Shown piece by piece: positions 43,111 to 53,300 of a DNA stretch of 64,000 bases. This DNA is from Nitrospirales bacterium (GTDB lineage Bacteria > Nitrospirota > Nitrospiria > Nitrospirales > UBA8639). Where the stretch lies: NCBI GenBank assembly GCA_963555755.3, contig OY820905.2, positions 3,808,001-3,872,000 on the forward strand, given 5' to 3'. The notes beneath the pieces are model-generated. The model was not told where the DNA came from, searched no databases, and worked only from the letters and a program-made list of their open reading frames with translations. Position 1 is the stretch's first letter, and every line of letters starts with the position of its first letter. A program made the position numbers and the translations under genes.

Positions 43111-44182
43111 TCAGCGCATTCATGGCCATTCCCTTGGGACGTGACCGTCATGTGTGAAGCGTGATGAGTTTCCCGTTCCTACCCATCATGGATCACGGAA
43201 CCCCTGTCTGTCCTTCGACAGGCCCTATCCTGAGTCTGTCGAAGGATCAGGACAGGCCTTCATTTTGGCAAAGCTCAGGACAGGTTTGGAAGAGCCGTTT
43301 CGTCAAACAATATGCCGTGATCAGCAGGTGCTGGAACATGAAATCTTCCTGCATACCGGCTTGACTCCAGTTGCCCCACTATGTAGTGTTTTGCGACATG
43401 GTGAGTTACCCCAAGGACATGGCCGATCTGATGACCCGTTTTTTTACTGAGGAGGCCTGTCGCACCCATATTGAGAAGCTTCGATGGCCAGACGGGTATA
43501 CCTGTGTGAAATGTGGGAATCAAAAGAGGTGGAAAACCAAGCGAGGGTTGTCGATGTGCTCCAGCTGTCAATATCAGCAGTCACCCTTGGCCGGAACGAT
43601 TTTTCAAGATTCTCGTATCCCGTTGCGCATTTGGTTTCAGGCAATCTGGTGGTTTACAAGCCAGAAAAATGGAGCGAGCGCTCAAACGTTGCAAAGGGTG
43701 TTGGGGATGAGCGGTCACGAGCCTGCGTGGCTCATGCTTCATAAATTACGGGTTGCGATGGGTCGCCCCTCCCGCAACCGTCTTGCCGGGCAAGTTGAAG
43801 TGGATGAAGCCTAGTTGGGTGGAGAAGGAAACAAGCAACTTGTTGGCGTTGCCGTGGAAATCAAAGACAAAGGAAGTGGGCGAATGCGAAGGCAAACGCT
43901 TAAGGGCCGGACGAGCGCGGATGTCAAGAATTTCGTTCAGCAGCATGTTGAGCCTGGCAGTACGATTATAACCGACGGACTCACAAGTTATTGCTGTCTG
44001 GCAGACGAAGGGTATGCGCACAAACCAATGCGAAAGCCCGATGTTGGGGGAAATCACGACCCAGACGCGGACAACCTGTTGCCACGAGTCCACCGTGCCA
44101 TTTCACTGGTGAAACGTTGGCTACTGGGCACATACCAGGGACGCCTTGATCATAAGTACCTCGACGCCTACCTGAATGAATT

Positions 44183-45198
44183 TAGATGGTTCTACGGTTG
44201 ACTCCGGTTAACCAGATCGCCAAGCGTTAGCGGCGCTTTATTCACTGAGATCCCGAGGAGGGTTTGAAACGCAGCCATCGGCGTCTTGCGCCGGTTGAAG
44301 CGGAAAACAAACTCGTCCAGATAGCTCTGGAGATACTTCGGCTCAACCCCGTGATGCGTGCCATTGAGCCACGCCTTGAGGTTGCTGAAGACCCGGTGGA
44401 TAGGGGGCGCAACTTTGTGCGCTCGCCCCGGTGTCCGAACAATTCGCACACGATGCTTGTATCCCACCAGCGCCGCATCGGAATACCCGCGCCAACCATC
44501 GGTTCGGAGTGTGGAGCCGGCCTGAATATTTTCTATCAAAAACCCACGAATGCTGCTCTCGCCTGCATCCTTTAGGAGCGAGAGACGCAACCGCCCTGCC
44601 CGTTCACATTGTTTTCCCTTCTTATCAGTATAGGGGAGAACCTCAACGGCACCGATCAGCAAACTCTTGTGCTTGGCTGCAGGTGAGCCTCGACCTTGCT
44701 TGCCTGTTGCTGGTCCGCCGATGATCGCCTCATCGGCCTCAATCAAGCCAGAGAGCTGGCTTCGGTTCTTGTTGACCATTCCTTGACGCAGCCGATGCAG
44801 CATATGCCAGGCTGTGGTGGCGCTCGATAGGCCAAGCTGTCGTGAGAGCTGGACGGCACTGATTCCTGGCGTATGGGTCGTAACGAGATAAGCAGCCCAG
44901 AACCACTCCTGGACGGGCACGTGGGAACGGTGCATGAGCGTGCCTGCCATAGGCGAAGTCTGACGACCACACGTCCTACACTCGAAAACGTAACGCTTGG
45001 AGTTTAGCCAGGCCGACTTACCCGTGCACGTTGGACAAACAAACTCATCTGGCCAGCGACTCTGCACCAAATATTCAAGGCAAGCCTGGCGTGAAGTGAA
45101 GCGTTGGCGGAATTCCCGCATGTCCTTCGGATACTGCGGACGACCCATACCTGCATAGTCGCAACTGTCTCAACCGGAGTCAACCGTAGAACCATCTA
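44183..45198 (-). mobile_element. Inner IS1595-family element, copy 1
   Basis: IRs TAGATGGTTCTACGGTTGACTCCGGTT flanked by AATT on both sides. Confidence 0.92.
44192..45148 (-). CDS. IS1595 family transposase
   Basis: RWPDEFVCPTC, IEADE, TDGW.GY, YLDEFVFRFNRR. Confidence 0.93.
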   Translation of the reverse strand: MGRPQYPKDMREFRQRFTSRQACLEYLVQSRWPDEFVCPTCTGKSAWLNSKRYVFECRTCGRQTSPMAGTLMHRSHVPVQEWFWAAYLVTTHTPGISAVQLSRQLGLSSATTAWHMLHRLRQGMVNKNRSQLSGLIEADEAIIGGPATGKQGRGSPAAKHKSLLIGAVEVLPYTDKKGKQCERAGRLRLSLLKDAGESSIRGFLIENIQAGSTLRTDGWRGYSDAALVGYKHRVRIVRTPGRAHKVAPPIHRVFSNLKAWLNGTHHGVEPKYLQSYLDEFVFRFNRRKTPMAAFQTLLGISVNKAPLTLGDLVNRSQP

Positions 45199-45561
45199 AA
45201 TTTATAAAAAGAGGCTTAGGATTCCTAATCACCCCCATTATTAATAAAAAGGAAGTGGGCGAATGCGAATGCAAACGCTTAAGGGCCGGACGAGCGCGGA
45301 TGTCAAGAATTTCGTTCAGCAGCATGTTGAGCCTGGCAGTACGATTATAACCGACGGACTCACAAGTTATTGCTGTCTGGCAGACGAAGGGTATGCGCAC
45401 AAACCAATGCGAAAGCCCGATGTTGGGGGAAATCACGACCCAGACGCGGACAACCTGTTGCCACGAGTCCACCGTGCCATTTCACTGGTGAAACGTTGGC
45501 TACTGGGCACATACCAGGGACGCCTTGATCATAAGTACCTCGACGCCTACCTGAATGAATT

Positions 45562-46577
45562 TAGATGGTTCTACGGTTGACTCCGGTTAACCAGATCGCC
45601 AAGCGTTAGCGGCGCTTTATTCACTGAGATCCCGAGGAGGGTTTGAAACGCAGCCATCGGCGTCTTGCGCCGGTTGAAGCGGAAAACAAACTCGTCCAGA
45701 TAGCTCTGGAGATACTTCGGCTCAACCCCGTGATGCGTGCCATTGAGCCACGCCTTGAGGTTGCTGAAGACCCGGTGGATAGGGGGCGCAACTTTGTGCG
45801 CTCGCCCCGGTGTCCGAACAATTCGCACACGATGCTTGTATCCCACCAGCGCCGCATCGGAATACCCGCGCCAACCATCGGTTCGGAGTGTGGAGCCGGC
45901 CTGAATATTTTCTATCAAAAACCCACGAATGCTGCTCTCGCCTGCATCCTTTAGGAGCGAGAGACGCAACCGCCCTGCCCGTTCACATTGTTTTCCCTTC
46001 TTATCAGTATAGGGGAGAACCTCAACGGCACCGATCAGCAAACTCTTGTGCTTGGCTGCAGGTGAGCCTCGACCTTGCTTGCCTGTTGCTGGTCCGCCGA
46101 TGATCGCCTCATCGGCCTCAATCAAGCCAGAGAGCTGGCTTCGGTTCTTGTTGACCATTCCTTGACGCAGCCGATGCAGCATATGCCAGGCTGTGGTGGC
46201 GCTCGATAGGCCAAGCTGTCGTGAGAGCTGGACGGCACTGATTCCTGGCGTATGGGTCGTAACGAGATAAGCAGCCCAGAACCACTCCTGGACGGGCACG
46301 TGGGAACGGTGCATGAGCGTGCCTGCCATAGGCGAAGTCTGACGACCACACGTCCTACACTCGAAAACGTAACGCTTGGAGTTTAGCCAGGCCGACTTAC
46401 CCGTGCACGTTGGACAAACAAACTCATCTGGCCAGCGACTCTGCACCAAATATTCAAGGCAAGCCTGGCGTGAAGTGAAGCGTTGGCGGAATTCCCGCAT
46501 GTCCTTCGGATACTGCGGACGACCCATACCTGCATAGTCGCAACTGTCTCAACCGGAGTCAACCGTAGAACCATCTA
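45562..46577 (-). mobile_element. Inner IS1595-family element, copy 2 (appears identical to copy 1)
   Basis: Same sequence offset by 1379 bp. Confidence 0.9.
45571..46527 (-). CDS. IS1595 family transposase (copy 2)
   Basis: Protein identical to 44192-45148. Confidence 0.9.
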   Translation of the reverse strand: MGRPQYPKDMREFRQRFTSRQACLEYLVQSRWPDEFVCPTCTGKSAWLNSKRYVFECRTCGRQTSPMAGTLMHRSHVPVQEWFWAAYLVTTHTPGISAVQLSRQLGLSSATTAWHMLHRLRQGMVNKNRSQLSGLIEADEAIIGGPATGKQGRGSPAAKHKSLLIGAVEVLPYTDKKGKQCERAGRLRLSLLKDAGESSIRGFLIENIQAGSTLRTDGWRGYSDAALVGYKHRVRIVRTPGRAHKVAPPIHRVFSNLKAWLNGTHHGVEPKYLQSYLDEFVFRFNRRKTPMAAFQTLLGISVNKAPLTLGDLVNRSQP

Positions 46578-46734
46578 AATTTATCTTTCGATTCAATCGT
46601 TGGACCTCGCGCTCTCGGGGCCTCTTGTTTCATCGACTCCTGGAAAATGCTATCGCAGTCGACCCGGCTCCGCTCCAAAAAATTCAGAGGACCCACAAAA
46701 TCTAGTAGCAACTGGAGTTAAGCCGGTATGCAGG

Positions 46735-47561
46735 TGGAGCCGGGGACCGGCGGCACCCTGGAGACGGACACGACGCTGCTGATGGGGGCCTTCGGCGGCC
46801 GGGGCATCCTGCTCTCGGCGCCGGACAACGCGGGCTTCCAACTGGCCACGCGCACGGACGCCATGCTCACGCGCATGACGTCGGGGGCCGTCGCAGGCCT
46901 CGCCGCGACGGACGCGGAGGCGCACCGGCTGCGGCTGGTCCTGGAAGGCACCCACGAAGTCACGTGGCCGGAAGGCCAGCGCGTGACCCCGACCGTGGAG
47001 TTGGGCGTCCGGCATGACTGGGGCGACGCCGAGACCGGGTTCGGCCTCGAACTGGGCGGCCGGGTGCAGTATGCGGACCCCGGCCATGGCCTGACCATTG
47101 AAGTGGCGGTGCGGGGCCTGCTCGCCCACGAAGACAGCGACTATAAGGAATGGGGCGCCTCGGGCACGATTCGGATCGATCCCGGCCCCACGGGCCAGGG
47201 CCTCTCCCTGACGCTCGCCCCAACCTGGGGCGCCGCGTCGAGCGGGATAGAAAGCCTCTGGGCCCGGCAGACCACCGCGGGCCTGGCTCCCCAAGGCACC
47301 CGATCGGCCCCAACCGGCCGTCTGAACGCCGAAGTCAGCTATGGTGTCGCCGCGCCCTTCGGCACCGGCCTCCTGACCCCCTATGTGGGCACGGTGCTCA
47401 CGGATGGCGCCGCCCGCACCTACCGGGTGGGCACGCGGCTGGAACTGACCGGGGGCTGGACCACGGGCGTGACGCTGAGCCTGGAAGGGCAGCGGCAGGA
47501 GCCGGTCGGCCCACAGCCAATCTACCAAGGCCTGCAATTCCAAGCCGCCTGGGGGTTCTGA
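46735..47561 (+). pseudogene. 5'-truncated copy of the adhesin beta-barrel 3' end
   Basis: 827 bp nearly identical to 55565-56391, starting exactly at the IS1595 right end. Confidence 0.88.
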
Positions 47562-47595
47562 GTCTTTCCTCTCCTGACCGTATCTTCTCTTGTTG

Positions 47596-47631
47596 GAGGG
47601 GCCGCCTCTCATGCGGCCCCTCTTTGCTTTT
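47596..47631 (+). terminator. Putative intrinsic terminator
   Basis: GAGGGGCCGC-loop-GCGGCCCCTC followed by TTTGCTTTT. Confidence 0.65.
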
Positions 47632-47681
47632 GCCGGTGTCCCCGCGCCCTCTCATCCCGCTATCTTCTAAATGGTCATTCC

Positions 47682-48358
47682 TGTCTGTGTTCAGGCATTC
47701 GTTGACCAGATTCGTTGATCTGTTTCGGAGTGTGCCCCTGCAACCCCTGATGGGGGCGCACCTCATGGTCATAGAGTACATATTGCTCCAAGTCGTCCCG
47801 GAACTCCGCGAAAGACGCAAACGTGGTCCCATCGATGGCAGTCGAGATGCCCTCGTTCCCCGGCTTTCTGCTTCACAATGCGTCGTTTCTCCTCTCGCAG
47901 CTTGGGCGTCAAGCGGTTCAGCCCGTAGCGCTGGGTCATCCGATACACGGTACTCGGCGCGGGCGTCAGGAACTGGCAAATCTCATAGCGGTTGACGCCC
48001 TGCCGCCGGTGCAGGAGCACTTGCTGCTCACGAGACCCGTAGACCCCCGGCGGCTTTTCCACTTCGGACCGCGTTTCTGGGGCACCAGGGTCTCCTCCGC
48101 CCCACTCTGGCGAACCCGGTGATCAGAGTTCAAGAAGGTCTGCCGGTGGGTCTGATGAAACCGGTAGAAATCGGCCACACACCGGAACGTGGGGTGGCGT
48201 TTCTGTGTGACCAACTCGTACTCCTGAATCAGGAATTTCCACTTGCGGACATAATTGCGGTAGAGGGTTTTGTCGTGGGTATTGTGTCGCATGGCTTCGC
48301 CTCCAGGTGAAAGGTGGATCGTCCCTTCATTCTGTCAACGAATGACTGAACCTTTACA
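47682..48358 (-). mobile_element. Internally deleted IS481-like element
   Basis: TGT...ACA ends with imperfect IRs (GTTCAG.CATTCGTTGAC). Frameshifted transposase N-terminus 48292-47769. Confidence 0.7.
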
Positions 48359-48658
48359 ATCTCCGACCTAAGTGGGGGGCCAGTGTCGTTGCTTTTGGTC
48401 GTCGTACCCGCGCGATCGTATCGCACCGTGTCCCCAGGCGGGGGCCGGGGTGCGCGCCGCTGTCATGCCGCGCAACACGCGGAGTAGAGCAGGCCAACAG
48501 GGCGGCCACTCGGCGTGGCCTCGTCAGGAGGCGGGGGCACGGGGAATCTGGTCGTCCCTCCTCCAGGCAACGCGTGCGACGCGCCGCGTGCATGGAGCCG
48601 TCCGGTATCCGCGTCCGACGTTCAGGTCAGTGCGGTGGGTCGATTGCCGGGGGCACGC

Positions 48659-49609
48659 CTAGGTCGAGCGCGTGGTGCGTCGCGTGGTGCGGGCTGGGGC
48701 CTCGACGCGCTCCTGCGCAGCCGTCTGCAGGAGCCATCGCCGGAACGCCTGGACATGCGGCTCGCGGCTCGCCGCTTCGGTGGTGATCAGGCAGCAACGC
48801 GTGCGCAGGTGGTCGGCCTGGTTAAACACAGGCACCAGCACTCCCTGTTGCAATTCGGGTGCAATGAGCGTGGGGCGTCCGAGGGCCACCCCCAAGCCCG
48901 CCGTGGCCGCGTGAATCAGCAGGCTGCAGAGACGGAAGCCCGAGGCGTTCGACAGGTCCGGCGGAAGGGAGCCTTGGGCCGTGAACCAGGACGACCAATC
49001 GGCTGGCCAGCCCAGATGGTAGAGCAGGGGCCAGGAACGCAGGGCTGTCGAGTGGGGGGGCTGGCCGCGCGTCTTGAGAAGCTGCGGACTACAGACGGGG
49101 AACAACGGCTCCTCGAACAACTTCTCCCGGCGAAGGATTTTCACGTTCGGCGTCCCGGCCTCGCCGTCATAGGTGATCCAAAGGTCGAAGTCAGCCCGGT
49201 TGGGGGCGCCGCGCACGTGGTCGGTCTCCAACGTGATGGCGAGGTCGGGCCGGACGGCGGTAAAGGCCGCGACTTTCGGCATGAGCCACCGCTCGGCAAG
49301 GGATTCGATCGCGACGACGCGCAGGCGCCGCTTCGTCGGCATGTTTCGGTGGCGGTCCATGACTGCGGTGATCTCTGTGAGGAGACATTGAACGTCCCCA
49401 AGACAGGCCTGGCCGCGCAGGTTCAGCTTGAGCCCGCGGCGACTGCGGTCAAACAAGGGATGGCCGATGTGATTTTCGAGTACCTTGACGCGGTAGGCGA
49501 CGGCCGGGGGGGTGACCTGGAGTTCCTCGGCGGCGCGGACGAAGCTCTCATGCCGGGCGGCGGCCTCGAAGAAGCGGAGACACTCAAGGGGCGGCAGGGG
49601 GGGCATCAT
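48659..49609 (-). CDS. LysR-family regulator (GcvA-like)
   Basis: LPPL..LR.FEAAARH.SF.RAAEEL.VT..AV, RWLMP, A.AGLGVALGR. Confidence 0.92.
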   Translation of the reverse strand: MMPPLPPLECLRFFEAAARHESFVRAAEELQVTPPAVAYRVKVLENHIGHPLFDRSRRGLKLNLRGQACLGDVQCLLTEITAVMDRHRNMPTKRRLRVVAIESLAERWLMPKVAAFTAVRPDLAITLETDHVRGAPNRADFDLWITYDGEAGTPNVKILRREKLFEEPLFPVCSPQLLKTRGQPPHSTALRSWPLLYHLGWPADWSSWFTAQGSLPPDLSNASGFRLCSLLIHAATAGLGVALGRPTLIAPELQQGVLVPVFNQADHLRTRCCLITTEAASREPHVQAFRRWLLQTAAQERVEAPARTTRRTTRST

Positions 49610-49693
49610 CTCGATAGTGTTGCTAGCAAGTTTGGCATAAGTGAATTATGTCATAACAAAAAACGTAGGCGGGCGCAAGTCGGGCGCGGCCGG

Positions 49694-49969
49694 TCAGGCG
49701 CGGCCGCGGCGTCGGCGCTGGGTGGCGTCGGAGAGGTCGGTCAGGATGCGCTGGATGTCGGCGTGGTACTGACGGCCACACTGGTTGAGGTGCACCCCAC
49801 GCTGGCGGCGGACGAACAGCGGGGCACGGAGATGGCCTTCGAGCTTGCGGATGCGGTAGGCGACCGCGGCGGCGGTGACCCGGAGTTCCTCGGCGGCGCG
49901 GACGAAGCTCTCATGCCGGGCGGCGGCCTCGAAGAAGCGGAGACACTCAAGTGGCGGCAGGGGTTGCAT
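49694..49969 (-). CDS. HTH-only LysR paralog (~91 aa)
   Basis: N-terminus nearly identical to the adjacent LysR. Ends after the linker helix with no effector domain. Confidence 0.7.
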   Translation of the reverse strand: MQPLPPLECLRFFEAAARHESFVRAAEELRVTAAAVAYRIRKLEGHLRAPLFVRRQRGVHLNQCGRQYHADIQRILTDLSDATQRRRRGRA

Positions 49970-50331
49970 GGCGTGGCTGACGGGTGAAAACAGTAACAAG
50001 GATTGTACAATAAATAATTTATATTTTAAAGAAAGATTATTTTTGCAACCGGAATCGATGGTGGGGGTGGCTGCGGCCCGTGGCTCGTCGCGCGAGGTGG
50101 ACGGGGCTGGGCAGGGCTGTCAATAGGCCAGTTATGACAAAATACAATTATGTCTAATCATAAAAAACTCTTTGCTTGCGTATAGTTATCTCCTTTGTTA
50201 TAAGCGAGCCCGCGTCGGGGGCCGTGGCGGCCGGCGGACGGAAAGGGGAAGCCGAACTGGCCTGATGGGCCCTCTCATGAGCGTGCCGCAGACTTTCCAA
50301 AAGGCCGGAAAACAGGAGTGAGGAAGAGAGC

Positions 50332-53300
50332 ATGGTCAATGGCGAATGCCTGGGCGATCTGGGTGCGCCGCATGTGAAAGGATCGGTGAGCTTGATGATG
50401 AACGAGGGCACGAGGATTGACACGATTTGTGAAGAGAGAGACGCTTTTCCGCTAACCGGCGCCCCTGATCCCGCCGGTGCAACTGGAAGGCGTGGTGCCC
50501 CGCGCCCCGCGCCCCACCTCACTCACCGACCCCGTCCCGAGTCCCGCCCGGCCCCCCGCAGGCATCGTGGTGTGGCCCTCGCCTGCGCCGCCCTGGCCCT
50601 GCTCGGCCTCCTGGCCCACCCGTCGCCGGCCGCCGCGCAGGCGGTCACGACCTTCATCAGCAACACCGGGCAGACACCGACCTTCACCTCACCCTTGGTT
50701 CAGGCCGTAGCGTTCACCACGGGCACCGGCACCTACACGCTGTCCAGCGTCGGGATATATCTTGATACTCAGATGGGGCCGGACTCCCCCATCCCGTCGG
50801 TCAATATTCACAGGGACGACGAGGGCAATCCGGCCACCGCCCTACTGATCTCCCTGACCAATCCGGGCACGATCCAGAACAACGCCGTCAACAGCTTCAC
50901 GCCCCCGGCAACACCACGCTGAGTGCCAGCACGACCTACTGGGTGGTCACGACCAATGCCGCCAGGGTCGATGGCACGGGGTTAAATGTCGGCCTGACCA
51001 CACAGGACCCTGGACACCGGCACGGCAGTGGGATGGAGCCTCGGCGACGCGCGTCTTAAGATCGACTTGCAAAGGCCCGACTGGACTGTCAGCGCTCGCC
51101 CCCTCCGCCTCGAGATCCGGGGGACAAGCGGGACCCCCGCGACGGGCGCGCCGACGATCACGGGCACGGCGCAGGTCGGGCAGACGCTGACGGCGGGCAC
51201 CACCTCATCAGGGATGCCGACGGGCTGACTAGCGTCAGCTACACGTACCAGTGGATCCGGACCGAGGCGCCCATCTCCGAGGCGACGGCGAGCACCTACA
51301 CGCTGGTGCCGGCCGACCTGGGCATGACGATCAAGGTAAAGGTGAGCTTCACCGACGCTGCCGGCTACGACGAGACGCTGACCAGCGCGGCGACGGCGAC
51401 CGTCGCGGCGGCGAACACCCCTCCCTCGGCGTCTGACGGGACGGTCACGACGAACGAGGACACGGCCCGCACGTTCGCCGCGGCAGACTTCAATTTCTTG
51501 GACACCGACTCCGGCGACACGTTATCAAACGTAAGGATTGTACGCTTCCGGCTTCGGGCACGGGGACCCTGGCGCTCTCGGGCACGCCTGTGACCGCAGG
51601 GCAGGAGTTCGGCGAGCAAACATAGGCACTCTGACCTACACCCCGCCCGCCAACGCGAACGGGACGGGCTACGCGAGTTTCACCTTCAAGGTCAGCGATG
51701 GCACGGACGAGAGCGCGGCGGACTACACGATGACCATCAACGTGACGGCGGTGAACGACGCCCCGACGGTGGCGACCGCGATTCCGGACCAGCCGGCGAC
51801 GGTGGGGACGGCGTTCAGCTATGCGTTCCCGGGACACCACGTTCACCGACGCGGACACCGGCGCCACGCTGACCTACACGGCGACGCAAGCCGACGGCGC
51901 GGCGCTGCCCACGTGGCTGGGCTTCGCCGCCGGCACGCGCACCTTCTCGGGCACGCCGCAGACGGCGGACGTGGGGACGGTGTCGGTGAAGGTGACCGCC
52001 AGCGACAGCAACGGCGGGTCGGTCAGCGACGAATTCGACATCACGGTGAGCGCGGCGGCGAACACCCCCGCGACGGGCGCGCCGACGATCACGGGCACGG
52101 CGCAGGTCGGGCAGACGCTGACGGCGGACACCACCGACATCATGGATGCCGACGGGCTGACCAGCGTCCGCTACACGTACCAGTGGATCCGGGTGGCCAC
52201 GACAACGACGGCGACGAGACGGACATCTCCGGGGCGACGGCGAGCACCTACACGCTGGTGACGGCCGACCAGGGCACGACGATCAAGGTGAGGGTGAGCT
52301 TCACCGACGACGCCGGCAACCCCGAGACGCTGACCAGCGCGGCGACGACGGCCGTCGCGGCGGCGGCCAACACCCTTCCGACGGCGCTGACGGGACGGTC
52401 ACGACGAACGAGGACACGGGCACGTTCGCTGACGGCGACTTCAATTTCCGGACACCGATGGCGACGGGCTGAAAGCGTAGAGACATTACGCTTCCGGCTT
52501 CGGGACGGGGACCCTGGCGCTCTCGGGCACGCTGTGACTGCAAACCAGGTGGTTGCGGCGACAAACATAGGCACTCTGACCTACACCCCGCCCGCCAACG
52601 CGAACGGGACGGGCTACGCGAGTTTCACCTTCAAGGTCAGCGATGGCACGGCCGAGAGCGCGGCGGCCTACACGATGACCATCACCGTGACGGCGGTGAA
52701 CGACGCCCCGACGGTGGCGAACACGATTGACGCGGACCAGCCGGCGACCGCGGGTCACGGCGTTCAGCTATGCGTTCCCGGCGCGCCACGTTCAGCGACG
52801 CGGACACCGGCGACGCTGACGGCTACACGGCCACGGAAGCCGACGGCGCGGCGCTGCCCACGTGGCTGGGCTTCGCCGCCACCACGCGCACCTTCTCGGG
52901 CACGCCGCAGACGGCGGACGTGGGGACGGTGTCGGTGAAGGTGACCGCCAGCGACGGCAACGGCGGGTCGGTCAGCGGCGATTCGACATCACGGTGAGCG
53001 CGGCGGCCAACACCCTTGCGACGGGCGCGCCGACGATCACGGGCACGGCGCAGGTCGGGCAGACGCTGACGGCGGACACCACCGGCATCATGGATGCCGA
53101 CGGGCTGACCAGCGTCAGCTACACGTACCAGTGGATCCGGGTGGACGACGGCACCGAGACGAACATCTCCGGGGCGACGGCGAGCACCTACACGCTGGTG
53201 ACGGCCGACCAGGGCACGACGATCAAGGTGAGGGTGAGCTTCACCGACGACGCCAGCAACGCCGAGACGCTGACCAGCGCGGCGACGCGGCCGTCGCGGC

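Larger units (their letters stand above)
43398..46705 (+). pseudogene. IS1595 transposase pseudogene (nonsense codon plus IS insertion)
   Basis: Reading frame ...YLNE|FIFRFNR... is split by the inner IS. Confidence 0.85.
43348..46734 (+). mobile_element. Outer IS1595-family element, disrupted
   Basis: 27-bp IRs CCTGCATACCGGCTTGACTCCAGTTGC / GCAACTGGAGTTAAGCCGGTATGCAGG. Transposase starts at 43398 (RWPDG..C..C, VEVDE, TDG) with an in-frame TAG at 43812. Its C-terminus FIFRFNR resumes at 46578. Confidence 0.9.

Noticed and set aside
43812..43814. In-frame TAG in the IS1595 transposase as pyrrolysine or recoding
   Set aside because: The element is also disrupted by insertion and TAG serves as a normal stop elsewhere, so a simple nonsense mutation is more likely.
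48515..49987. 490-aa plus-strand ORF and other long GC-rich ORFs (46650, 47150, 55162)
   Set aside because: Antisense or alternate-frame shadows of the LysR and adhesin genes in high-GC DNA.
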